Positions 39,439 to 48,550 of a stretch of 60,169 bases of DNA are shown here, one piece after another; position 1 is the first letter of the stretch; each line of letters opens with the position of its first letter. The notes under the pieces are model-generated. The model was given only the letters and a program-made list of their open reading frames with translations. It had not been told where the DNA came from and ran no database searches. Source of the DNA: a bacterium. GTDB lineage: Bacteria > Verrucomicrobiota > Kiritimatiellia > SPBP01. Location of the stretch: contig JBAXMA010000001.1 of assembly GCA_037134535.1 (NCBI GenBank), positions 1 to 60,169 of the forward strand, in the 5' to 3' direction. Position numbers and translations under genes: made by a program.

Positions 39439-40713
39439 ATGGCTGAAGAACAAAAACAGGTTATCGTCGAACAAGAAATTAAGAATGCGTGGCCGGCAAT
39501 GGTCACGAAGACATCGCTGTTGATCGTCTTTGCTGTCCTTGCAATTGTATTTTTCTACATTGAAGAAAAAGGTGGAGGCGGCCTCGGTCAGGTGTCCGCC
39601 ACGTGGAGCGTGGCCGCGTTTCTCTGCTCCACCTTCATCTGCGCAGCAGCTTATGAACTTGTGGCGCTGGTCATCAACATTACTATCCGCAGGCGCCGCG
39701 GTTCCATCGGCGAAGTCAAGATGCTCACCACCTTCGCTCGCATCATGGCAGCGATCGTTATCGTCGCACTCCTGCTTAGCGCCACCGGTGCACTGGCACG
39801 ATGGATTGCTGTAGTCAGCGCGTTCGCAGGCATGCTGCTGGGTTGGTCGCTTCAGGCCCCGGTGAGTGGCATTGCCGCATGGATACTAGTAACCATCAAG
39901 AGGCCATTCCGCATCGGCGACAGAGTGCTCTTCCCTTCACTGGGACTGGCCGGCGACGTACTAGAAGTCGGCCTTATGTATACCAAACTTGATCAGGTGG
40001 GTGGATCCATCGGCTCAGAAGACGCGATAGGGCGAAACATCCTGATCCCTAATGCTATGCTGTTCAGCCAGGTGGCAATCAACTACACGCCACGGCAGGA
40101 TTCCGCGTATTTTCTCGACGAAGTCGTCACCCGCATCACCTATGACTCCGACTGGGATACCGCCGAGAAGATCATGGTAAACGCGGCCAGAAAAGTAACT
40201 GCAAATATCATCAAAGAAACGGGCAAAGAACCATACGTTCGTGCCGACATGTATGACTACGGCGTATACATGCGCCTGCGCTACATGACGCTCGCCATGG
40301 ACCGGCCACGCATATCACACGAAATACTTTCCATCGTATTCAAGGAATTCCAACACCACCCGCGCGTGGATTTTGCGATTCCGTTTGTTTATTCGTACAA
40401 GAAGGGTGTTGAAAGATCCGCCGGTGGCGCACAGGCAGCCGAATCTCCCGTGGATCTTCCGCTTGTGGATATCGTAGATCCTCAGGCACGCACACCTCTT
40501 TCACCGGAGGAGGAGAAAGGCGTCATCGACCTGGCTGCCAGACTCAAGACTTCATATCTCATTCAGCCGATCGTTGTGCATCCAGCTGGAAACGGCAAGT
40601 ATCAATTGATTTCAGGGCGGTTCCGATACCTCGCCTGCCGCAACTTAGGCTGGGTTCTGATACCAGCACTGGTAAGAACCGGTTCAGGAACCGGCAGTGC
40701 CATCAGTGCTTAG
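39439..40713 (+). CDS. MscS-family mechanosensitive channel fused to a C-terminal ParB/Srx-like (ParBc) domain
   Basis: TM segments followed by the MscS pore/beta-domain signature GWSLQAPVSGIAAWILVTIKRPFRIGDRVLF...GDVLEVGLMYTKL. C-terminus VDLPLVDIVDPQARTPLSPEEEKGVIDLAARLKTSYLIQPIVVHPAGNGKYQLISGRFRYLACRNLGWVLIPALV matches ParB N-domain boxes. Confidence 0.75.
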   Translation: MAEEQKQVIVEQEIKNAWPAMVTKTSLLIVFAVLAIVFFYIEEKGGGGLGQVSATWSVAAFLCSTFICAAAYELVALVINITIRRRRGSIGEVKMLTTFARIMAAIVIVALLLSATGALARWIAVVSAFAGMLLGWSLQAPVSGIAAWILVTIKRPFRIGDRVLFPSLGLAGDVLEVGLMYTKLDQVGGSIGSEDAIGRNILIPNAMLFSQVAINYTPRQDSAYFLDEVVTRITYDSDWDTAEKIMVNAARKVTANIIKETGKEPYVRADMYDYGVYMRLRYMTLAMDRPRISHEILSIVFKEFQHHPRVDFAIPFVYSYKKGVERSAGGAQAAESPVDLPLVDIVDPQARTPLSPEEEKGVIDLAARLKTSYLIQPIVVHPAGNGKYQLISGRFRYLACRNLGWVLIPALVRTGSGTGSAISA

Positions 40714-41486
40714 TCCAGGTCGAATTCCGCGACAAGGAATGTGTGGTCCGATGACTTCGCGGCAAGACGGGGCTCAAGATCCACGTAGGAATCCGTGGAT
40801 TTAGCTGCAAGTGATGATGTAGCGAGAATGTGGTCTACACGCCATCCCATTCCGCGCTTTACAGCGCCCATGGTTCGATAGTCAAAGAAGGTATACTGCC
40901 CTGGCTCAGGGTGATATTTCCTGAATACATCTTTGAACCCCCAATTCTTCACTTCCTCGAAGGCCTTCCGGACATCTACATGAAAACACACGTGGTCGGC
41001 CTGTTCTGAGGCATTGTGAATATCCTTCTCTTCCGGTGCCACATTGAGGTCCCCCACCCATGCAACCTTCTGCATCGGTTTAAAATGGCGCTCGAAATGC
41101 TTCCGGAGCCGCCGGAACCACTCCAGCTTGTATCCGTACATCTCGTGGCCAATCTCTCGGCCCTGGGGCACATAGGTATTTACGATCCAGACTGACCCCA
41201 CCCTTGCCGACACCAGCCGCGATTCATCTGGCTGCCCGCCGTCATCCAACCCGAACCTGACTTCCGTAGCCGGTTGTCTGGAAACAAGGCATACGCCGTT
41301 GTAGGATTTCTGTCCCTTGAATACGACAGAGTAGCCCGCCTCCAGAAACGCCGCTGCTGGAAACAGGTCATCTGTAACTTTTGTTTCCTGGATGCAAAGC
41401 ACATCAGGATTGTAAGTCTTTAGCCAGTTGATGACAACTTCAAGTCGTGAGCGGATTGAATTGGCGTTGAATGTAGCTATTTTCAT
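40710..41486 (-). CDS. xth: exodeoxyribonuclease III
   Basis: 258 aa, MKIATFNANSIRSRL...LCIQETK...WRVDHILA...SDHTFLVAEF. Confidence 0.93.
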   Translation of the reverse strand: MKIATFNANSIRSRLEVVINWLKTYNPDVLCIQETKVTDDLFPAAAFLEAGYSVVFKGQKSYNGVCLVSRQPATEVRFGLDDGGQPDESRLVSARVGSVWIVNTYVPQGREIGHEMYGYKLEWFRRLRKHFERHFKPMQKVAWVGDLNVAPEEKDIHNASEQADHVCFHVDVRKAFEEVKNWGFKDVFRKYHPEPGQYTFFDYRTMGAVKRGMGWRVDHILATSSLAAKSTDSYVDLEPRLAAKSSDHTFLVAEFDLD

Positions 41487-41507
41487 GCGAAATCACGGCC
41501 AGGCCGA

Positions 41508-42317
41508 TCAGCAATATTCTACGGTTCCATTGAACACGTGTACTGCGGAGCCGCGTAATGTCACGTTACGTGCGCCACTTTCCGTCAGCTCATAGCCAAT
41601 CTCTAGAACATCGCCACTGGCGCAGGTCACAGCCACAGGTGCCTTTACCAGTCCGAGCTTTCCGGAAATCAAAGCACTTGCAACCATTCCTGTCCCGCAC
41701 GCCAGAGTCTCAGCCTCGACACCCCGCTCATAAGTTCTGATACTGAGCGACTGCGGACCTGTGACAGAAATGAAATTGGCATTGGTGCCAGCTGGCGCCA
41801 AATCCGCATGATATCTGATGGCAGCGCCCATGCTCTCTACATCTACTGATTGAAGATCAGGAACCTCCACGACAACATGTGGGACTCCGCTGTTTACAAA
41901 ACTGTACTTCACGCACTTTTTCTTAATCATCAGGGTCTTATCAATCCGCCAGTCTTTAGGCTTGGTCATGTGGATTCGTACAGTATCACCACTGACCTCG
42001 GCCTTTAGCATGCCGGCACCCGTCTCAATCGACATTTCAGCCGGGGCTGCGCCGATTTCGTACGCAAGCCGTGCTATGCATCTGGCCCCGTTCCCGCACA
42101 TATCAGCCTCACCACCATCCGGATTAAAAAACCGCATCCTGAAATCGGCCTTTTTCGATTTCTGAATCAGAATAACGCCCTCGCAACCAATCCCTGTCCG
42201 CCTGGTTGAAATCCGGGTGATCCACCCTTTATCAGCAACCGGGAATTTTCCAGCACGATCATCTGCTAGAATGAAATCATTGCCGGCTCCATGCATTTTC
42301 CAAAATCGCAGTTTCAT
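41508..42317 (-). CDS. dapF: diaminopimelate epimerase
   Basis: MKLRFWKMHGAGNDFIL and active-site contexts MCGNGARC and ACGTG. The track ORF starts at 42335. Confidence 0.93.
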   Translation of the reverse strand: MKLRFWKMHGAGNDFILADDRAGKFPVADKGWITRISTRRTGIGCEGVILIQKSKKADFRMRFFNPDGGEADMCGNGARCIARLAYEIGAAPAEMSIETGAGMLKAEVSGDTVRIHMTKPKDWRIDKTLMIKKKCVKYSFVNSGVPHVVVEVPDLQSVDVESMGAAIRYHADLAPAGTNANFISVTGPQSLSIRTYERGVEAETLACGTGMVASALISGKLGLVKAPVAVTCASGDVLEIGYELTESGARNVTLRGSAVHVFNGTVEYC

Positions 42318-42395
42318 CTCAACTCCCATAAACAAGATCTATGTCCAAGGAACTCATTCCTGGGTTCGGCATTTTCTTCACAGTTCCTGCCAACA

Positions 42396-44660
42396 TCATC
42401 TGGACCGGCGCGTTTCCGTCACCATGTCCGAGAGAATGTTCAGTGCCTCCTCCAGAACAAGGCCACCGCCATCCTGCTTCTTCTCGCCCTCATCGGAATC
42501 ATCCATCGAAAGCCGTTGCAGTTCATCAAGCCGCATTTCCTCCTTGGCTTGCTCCCGGCGCTCTGCGAGCTTGAGAGAAACAGTGGACTTCTTCTGACGC
42601 GCAGCAAAACTCTTCAGCAGTTCTTCTCTGGCCGTAAAGCGGGAATCTTTTTTCCGGCGTTCCTCTGATTTTGTCCTGAGCACTCCGATAAGCGCCTGAC
42701 AGTCGACAACCTTCTGGCAATCATCCTCGTCCCTGGGCGTCCGCCAGAACAGGAGGTCCTCAACAACACTCCTGGCCGCTTCGCGTCCGAAATCAACCGC
42801 TGCAATTCTGGACCATGGCAGGGCATACTCCAGATACTCTTCCCCGATTTCCAGAGCCTGAAGCGGAGACGGCACCTGAATGTCAGATGCAACCCCTTCC
42901 CTCTGTGTGGATTTTCCAGTAAATCTATAAAAAGTCGCCGTCGTCACTTTCAGGGTACCCAGCTCCAGTTTTGAGTTTCTGATCGGTACGACAGATTGAA
43001 CAGTGCCTTTCCCATGGGTCCTCGAATCGCCGACGATCACTGCGCGCCCATAGTCCTGCAGGGCAGCCGCCAGAATTTCCGATGCAGAGGCGCTCATGCG
43101 ATCCACCATGACCACAAGCGGCCCGGCATAGACAGTGTCCACTTCCTCGTCCTGCAGGACTGTGATCGCCCGCTTGTCCTTGACTTGAACAACCGGTCCG
43201 GTTTTGATGAAGAGCCCCGTCATTTCAACTGCTTCAGACAGCGACCCGCCACCGTTGTTACGCAGGTCAAGCACGACTCCCTGCACTCCATCCTCGACCA
43301 TACCCTGCAATATGCGTTTGACGTCACGGGACGAACTTTTGAACTCTTCACCGCCGTTTCTGGCCTTCATGTCGGAATAGAAACTCGGCAATGAGATCAC
43401 TCCCAGCTTCCTGGCAGGATCTCCGGCTGCCTTCATGACCCTGTTGGTGCCCTTTGCTTCTGCATCTTCCAGTTTGACGTCATCCCTCACGAGCGACAAC
43501 TTGACAGTCCCGGAACCTGCGCTGTCAGCAGCTGGAATAACTACCAGTACCACCACAGTTCCCTTCGGTCCGCGAATAAGGCGAACTGTTTTAGTAAGTG
43601 GCCAGTGCAGCACATCCACAGGTTCAACTTCGCCCTGCCCGACGGCAATAATCTTGTCGCCGGGTTTCAACCTCCCATCGCTGGCAGCGGCGCCGCCCGG
43701 AATTATTCTCACTACTTTCGCGGCACCGTCTTCACTCGTCAGCAGTGCCCCGATACCAACCAGCGAGAGCTTCATACTTATGTCGAAATCCTCGGAAGTG
43801 CTTGCCGACATGTAGTCCGAGTGCGGATCAAAAGACCGGGCGACGGCAGACATGTACTGTTGGAAGATTGTATCGTCGTCCATATCCTTGAGCATACTGA
43901 GAAGCTGCCTATAACGCTTCGAGATCAATTCCTCAGGAGTCGGCACCTTGATCTCCTTGTCCGGTTTTGCTTCCGGCTGATCTTTGATCTTTTCTGTGCC
44001 AGCCTTGGGCTGTTTCACTTCCGTTTTCGGGGCATCAACCTTACCGTCGCCCTTCTTATGCCTCAATTCAGCATCTAGAACATGCCGGATGTACTGATCC
44101 TTGATGATCTTGCGCCAGAGATCGTTCTGCTCTTTCAGGTCAGTCGGCCAGGGCGAGGTACGCCTGTCTCTGAGAAGTTCTTCCTTTGCATCAACGCTGA
44201 TCCCATCCTTCAGAAGAGCGTCAACATAGTCGCATCGCTCTGCAACTCTTTTCCGGAGCAGACTTACCATCTCAAAGGCAAGACTCACGTCGCCATTCTT
44301 CAGCATGTCTGCAAGACTGCGCTCCCTGGTTCTGGCCTTTTCGATGTCAGAGGCCAGAAACATGCTGTGATCATTGTCCAGAAGGTTAATGTAGAGCTTG
44401 AAGATCCTTTCAGAGGTGGCCTCATCCAGCTGTGTCATCTCAAGGTGAAGGGCCGGCATTCTCCGGGAGAATGCAGTTGCAATCTCGCCATAGGACGGCG
44501 CATTTGACTGCTTTTGCGGCGACTCCGCCGCTATTGGGAGGCTTACCACCAGCAAGGCGGCAAGTACCCTGTACAACACGGAAATACAACTACGGCCATT
44601 CATAGCAGAGGGACTCCAGAAACAATTGCGTAACTTTGCGCAGATTCTACGCGCAAACAC
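42396..44660 (-). CDS. prc: tail-specific (C-terminal processing) S41 protease with PDZ domain
   Basis: PDZ GIGALLTSEDGAAKVVRIIPGGAAASDGRLKPGDKIIAVG. S41 catalytic region VVMVDRMSASASEILAAALQDYGRAVIVGDSRTHGKGTVQ. The start is probably ATG 44603 (MNGRSCISVLYRVLAALLVVSL, signal-like). Confidence 0.88.
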   Translation of the reverse strand: MFARRICAKLRNCFWSPSAMNGRSCISVLYRVLAALLVVSLPIAAESPQKQSNAPSYGEIATAFSRRMPALHLEMTQLDEATSERIFKLYINLLDNDHSMFLASDIEKARTRERSLADMLKNGDVSLAFEMVSLLRKRVAERCDYVDALLKDGISVDAKEELLRDRRTSPWPTDLKEQNDLWRKIIKDQYIRHVLDAELRHKKGDGKVDAPKTEVKQPKAGTEKIKDQPEAKPDKEIKVPTPEELISKRYRQLLSMLKDMDDDTIFQQYMSAVARSFDPHSDYMSASTSEDFDISMKLSLVGIGALLTSEDGAAKVVRIIPGGAAASDGRLKPGDKIIAVGQGEVEPVDVLHWPLTKTVRLIRGPKGTVVVLVVIPAADSAGSGTVKLSLVRDDVKLEDAEAKGTNRVMKAAGDPARKLGVISLPSFYSDMKARNGGEEFKSSSRDVKRILQGMVEDGVQGVVLDLRNNGGGSLSEAVEMTGLFIKTGPVVQVKDKRAITVLQDEEVDTVYAGPLVVMVDRMSASASEILAAALQDYGRAVIVGDSRTHGKGTVQSVVPIRNSKLELGTLKVTTATFYRFTGKSTQREGVASDIQVPSPLQALEIGEEYLEYALPWSRIAAVDFGREAARSVVEDLLFWRTPRDEDDCQKVVDCQALIGVLRTKSEERRKKDSRFTAREELLKSFAARQKKSTVSLKLAERREQAKEEMRLDELQRLSMDDSDEGEKKQDGGGLVLEEALNILSDMVTETRRSR

Positions 44661-44680
44661 AAGCGATTTACCAGCTCAAC

Positions 44681-45559
44681 TCACCGGCCTGTTTGAATCT
44701 CCGCCAGAAGTTTCATCAACCGTCGGCCGTATTCCACATAATTGGAACGACGGGCGATTGCTTCATCTTTGACGGATTCGTCATGAAACACAACCGAAAG
44801 ATGAGGTTCAATTGAGATCCCGCCGGCATAGCCGCGGCTCAGGAGATCAGTCAGGATTCTCTTCACATCGCCATGCCCGTCGCCTGCAAAAGTATACGTC
44901 ATTTCACCGGTCTTTGTGTCCCAGACCCCGTCCTTGATGTGAATATAGGAAACATGCTCCCTGACACTGGCATAGAATTCCCATGATGACTGTTTCGGGC
45001 ATGGAGGCTTTTTTGAATAGTCATCGGTAAAAATAGGATTGCCTGTGTCAAACACAAGCCTCAAGCCGGGGACAGCATCAAGAAGCCGCATTGTATAAAC
45101 TGCGCCCATCCCGCCGTAGTTCATACAGTTCTCATGAACGCATGTGAGTCCTGCATCGGCAAACATCTTCACAAGTTCGCGCAGACGGCGAAAACGCTCC
45201 TCCTCCATCTGATCGTCAGGACCATGATTCTTCCGGACCGCCAGACTCATTATCCGGATCAACTCTGTCCCAAGCGCCTTCATCCTCGGAATGGCGCGCT
45301 TCGCTTCAGCAAGAGACGAGTCAAAAGGCACTTCTATGCTTTTGCCCCAGTTGGCTATGGCTGAGCCGAAACAGTTGATCCTGACTCCGGCATCCCGAAG
45401 TTTGCCACATACGACCTCAAACTGATCCTCAGGAATATCATGTATGTTCCGGCCGCTGATGTTGCGGGACTCGATATTACTCCAGCCCAGCTCCCTTGTG
45501 GCCCCGATCTGACCATCAATATCACCCGCAGCCTCGTCCGCAAATCCTGTCAGGTACAC
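44681..45559 (-). CDS. sugar phosphate isomerase/epimerase (xylose-isomerase-like TIM barrel)
   Basis: 292 aa, AP_endonuc_2-like pattern (CVHENC, FDTGN, IHIKD, ISIEPH). Confidence 0.75.
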   Translation of the reverse strand: MYLTGFADEAAGDIDGQIGATRELGWSNIESRNISGRNIHDIPEDQFEVVCGKLRDAGVRINCFGSAIANWGKSIEVPFDSSLAEAKRAIPRMKALGTELIRIMSLAVRKNHGPDDQMEEERFRRLRELVKMFADAGLTCVHENCMNYGGMGAVYTMRLLDAVPGLRLVFDTGNPIFTDDYSKKPPCPKQSSWEFYASVREHVSYIHIKDGVWDTKTGEMTYTFAGDGHGDVKRILTDLLSRGYAGGISIEPHLSVVFHDESVKDEAIARRSNYVEYGRRLMKLLAEIQTGR

Positions 45560-46311
45560 AGATTCTCCTTAATGTAGTCAAAACTGAGCCGGAGTGACTC
45601 AAACGGATCCCCCGGACATATATCCTGTTCAACAATGAACCACTGGCATCCGGAACGTTCCGCAGCCAGAACGATACGCTTCCAGTCAAGATTGCCGCAG
45701 CCTATCTCAGTCATAGCATGCGCATTCCCGCCATCAGTCATGTAATCCTTCATGTGAAGCAGGGGCAGCCTGTTCTTCAGTCGCTCGCACCACTGGACAG
45801 GATCTCCGCCGCCGTATTGCACCCAGAAAGTGTCTATCTCGCCCTGAAGAAAATGCGCATCCGTCTCACTGTAGAGGACGTCAAGAATAAGACGCCCGTC
45901 AATCCGGCGAAATTCAATGTTGTGATTGTGATAGGTGAGCACCTTGCCGCCGTCAGAAAGAACCTTGCCGGCACTGTTCAATCTTGCTGCAAGGTCCTTA
46001 ACATCGGCAAGCGTCTCCAGTTTTACACCGGGATACGGGTAGGCTGTGTACTTGCAGGAAAGTCCGTTAAGCCGGTCCACCACCTTGCATGGTTCAGTGA
46101 TGATATTACCCTCGTGGGTGGCACAGCACACGAGCCCCTCACCAGCCAGAATCCTGGCAACCTCGGCCGTCTCAATCGGTCCGATTCCACTGACTTGAAC
46201 AGCTGGATACCCGATCGCCTTTATGCGCTTCATGGAAGCAGCGAAGTCCTTCGACGTCTTTGCGTGATCTCTGATCGTGAACAGTTGAGCGGCAACCTGG
46301 CCTATCTTCAT
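45550..46311 (-). CDS. sugar phosphate isomerase/epimerase (xylose-isomerase-like TIM barrel)
   Basis: 253 aa, YHNHNIEF, LHMKD, FIVEQD motifs. Overlaps its neighbours by 10 and 4 nt. Confidence 0.75.
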   Translation of the reverse strand: MKIGQVAAQLFTIRDHAKTSKDFAASMKRIKAIGYPAVQVSGIGPIETAEVARILAGEGLVCCATHEGNIITEPCKVVDRLNGLSCKYTAYPYPGVKLETLADVKDLAARLNSAGKVLSDGGKVLTYHNHNIEFRRIDGRLILDVLYSETDAHFLQGEIDTFWVQYGGGDPVQWCERLKNRLPLLHMKDYMTDGGNAHAMTEIGCGNLDWKRIVLAAERSGCQWFIVEQDICPGDPFESLRLSFDYIKENLCT

Positions 46312-47477
46312 TTCTGTGTTCCCCTGAACGATCCAGAGACATCGTAAGTAACCGGACCGGCTTTGCGACCGATCTTCTTCTTGCCGGAAATCGCTACGAG
46401 CTTCTTCAACACCCGCTCATAGGCCCGGCCATCCAGCGGCAGATCCACCGCTCTGCCCATAAGCGACGAATAGAGCATGGCATTCGCAAGTTCAACCGAT
46501 CGGGCCCCCTCGCGAGCTGGCGCAATCAGCGCCGCACCATCCAGAATCGCGTTTATGAAGTTCTGCAGCACCTCGACGTGCTGCCCACCAAAACCATTCG
46601 CCGGAATCTCGACATTCCAAACGTCCGGCGATGCAAAAAGCCCTTCAGCTGTTCGACAGAAGGCTCGCGCGGAACTTTCATTCCTTGTAAATGATATCTT
46701 GTTATTCTCAACGACCACTTTCCCAAGATCGCCGGCAATCTCAAGGCGGTTTGTTCCAGGCGCTTCGCCGGTCGATGTGACAAAAACACCTGTTGCGCCG
46801 TTCGCATACTCAAGGTAGGCAGTCACCTCGTCTTCAACCTCAATACTATGCCTTTTGCCGAGACCACAGAATCCGCATACTTTAACTGGCATGCCGCAGA
46901 GCCACTGCAGCAGATCCAACTGGTGCGGGCACTGATTGAGAAGCACTCCGCCGCCCTCGCCTGCCCATGTCGCCCGCCAACCGCCGCTGGCATAGTATGC
47001 ATCGGTCCGGAACCACGAGGTAACTATCCAGCTTACCCGGACAAGCTCGCCTAACTGGCCGCTATCAATAAGCTGTTTTACTTTTCTGTAGTGCGGATCC
47101 GTCCTCTGATTAAACATGGCTGCAAAAACCTGGCGCTTCCCCCTATGTGCAGCGGTCAAACGGTCGCAGTCGGCCTTGTGAACCGACACTGGCTTCTCGA
47201 CAAGCAAGTGCAGACCCTGTTCAAGCACGTCAATCCCGATCGTTGTGTGGCCGTAGTGCGGCGTGGCAATAAGAACTGCATCACAAGCTCCTGACCGGAT
47301 CAGTTCACCGCTCTTACCGAACTTAAGGATCTTGTCGTCGAATTTCGCAAGCGCGGCCGGGTTAACATCGCACACAGCGGTCAGTTCACATCTCCCAACC
47401 TTCTGCTCCATGACCGAACTGGCGTGAAATGATCCCATTGCTCCAACACCGACAACTCCAAGGCGGACATTTTTCAT
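46308..47477 (-). CDS. Gfo/Idh/MocA-family NAD(P)-dependent oxidoreductase
   Basis: Rossmann start MKNVRLGVVGVGAMGSFH, EKPV motif (LLVEKPVS). The track ORF starts at 47498. Confidence 0.85.
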   Translation of the reverse strand: MKNVRLGVVGVGAMGSFHASSVMEQKVGRCELTAVCDVNPAALAKFDDKILKFGKSGELIRSGACDAVLIATPHYGHTTIGIDVLEQGLHLLVEKPVSVHKADCDRLTAAHRGKRQVFAAMFNQRTDPHYRKVKQLIDSGQLGELVRVSWIVTSWFRTDAYYASGGWRATWAGEGGGVLLNQCPHQLDLLQWLCGMPVKVCGFCGLGKRHSIEVEDEVTAYLEYANGATGVFVTSTGEAPGTNRLEIAGDLGKVVVENNKISFTRNESSARAFCRTAEGLFASPDVWNVEIPANGFGGQHVEVLQNFINAILDGAALIAPAREGARSVELANAMLYSSLMGRAVDLPLDGRAYERVLKKLVAISGKKKIGRKAGPVTYDVSGSFRGTQK

Positions 47478-47683
47478 TAAGACCCCCATCTCAGCCACTT
47501 AGACGACAATACCGGGCGGGATGCCCCGAGGCAAATTCGCGACATACTTATCACCACCGGTTTGAATGAAGCAAGGCGTTTATTAGTCCGCTGGCATCCA
47601 CACAGAAAATACAGAATGGCGGCATCAGGCAGGGCCCGCACTCCGCAATGGAGTTCCCGCAAAGGGACTGGCGTCGCCGGACT

Positions 47684-48550
47684 TCATTTTCGTTCCGGAT
47701 GAAGACTTGAGGCGACATCTGCCAGCTGACACCATTCGCTAATGGCAAGATCCTCAGGCCTGGCGCACGAATCGATACCGAGCTTCTCCAGCTCTTGCCG
47801 CCACTCACCAGGTGACGTGGTGGCAAACTCCGGAATCCTGGCGAGCGTGCTCGCCAGTTGCTTGCGTCTCTGCATGAATGAATATTTCACCACGAGATGA
47901 AACAGTTTTCTGTCCTTCAAGACAAAAGCCCCGTCATTTCTCTTCTTCATACTCACAACTGCTGATTCAACCCCCGGCCGCGGCCAGAAACAAGTCGAAC
48001 TGACAACTTTCCGGATGGCCACGTCATAGACGGCCTGGACCCATATACTCAGCGCTCCATAGTCTTTGCTTCCAGGCCCGGCCGTCAGACGATTGGCCAC
48101 TTCAAGCTGGATTGTTGTCACAACAGCGGGCGGCGGGGCAGCTGACTCCGCCAGGTTCACAAGCACACGGCTGGCCACTGAATACGGAAGATTAGCCACC
48201 ACCTTCTGCCGTCCCGCATCGGGCAATGCCGCAAGATCCAGATCAAGCGCGTCCCCGCAGATCAGCTGAAGATTCTCAGCTGCCTTAAACCGCTCAGCGA
48301 GATACGCACAAAATCTGCTGTCAATTTCCACCGCCACGACATGCCGGGCCTTACCGAGGAGTTCCCCGGTTACGACGCCAAGCCCGGGACCGATCTCCAG
48401 CACACAATCGTCGGCCTGTATCGCGGCCACGGACATAATAATATCGAGGATATTCCGGTCTATGAGAAAGTTCTGGCCCCTTGCCTTGCTGGGTATTACA
48501 TCCAGTTGATCAAGGATGGATCTGACGCTGCTTGGGCTGGTCAAGTTCAT
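47684..48550 (-). CDS. rsmA: 16S rRNA (adenine1518/1519-N6)-dimethyltransferase
   Basis: GQNFLID, LEIGPGLG, NLPYSV motifs. ATG 48550 overlaps the pdxA stop (ATGA). The track ORF is open to 48601. Confidence 0.92.
   Translation of the reverse strand: MNLTSPSSVRSILDQLDVIPSKARGQNFLIDRNILDIIMSVAAIQADDCVLEIGPGLGVVTGELLGKARHVVAVEIDSRFCAYLAERFKAAENLQLICGDALDLDLAALPDAGRQKVVANLPYSVASRVLVNLAESAAPPPAVVTTIQLEVANRLTAGPGSKDYGALSIWVQAVYDVAIRKVVSSTCFWPRPGVESAVVSMKKRNDGAFVLKDRKLFHLVVKYSFMQRRKQLASTLARIPEFATTSPGEWRQELEKLGIDSCARPEDLAISEWCQLADVASSLHPERK

Noticed and set aside
39246-39446. 66-aa plus-strand ORF in the NDK-fold/MscS spacer
   Set aside because: It runs through non-triplet direct repeats, overlaps the MscS start, and has no SD or recognisable motif.
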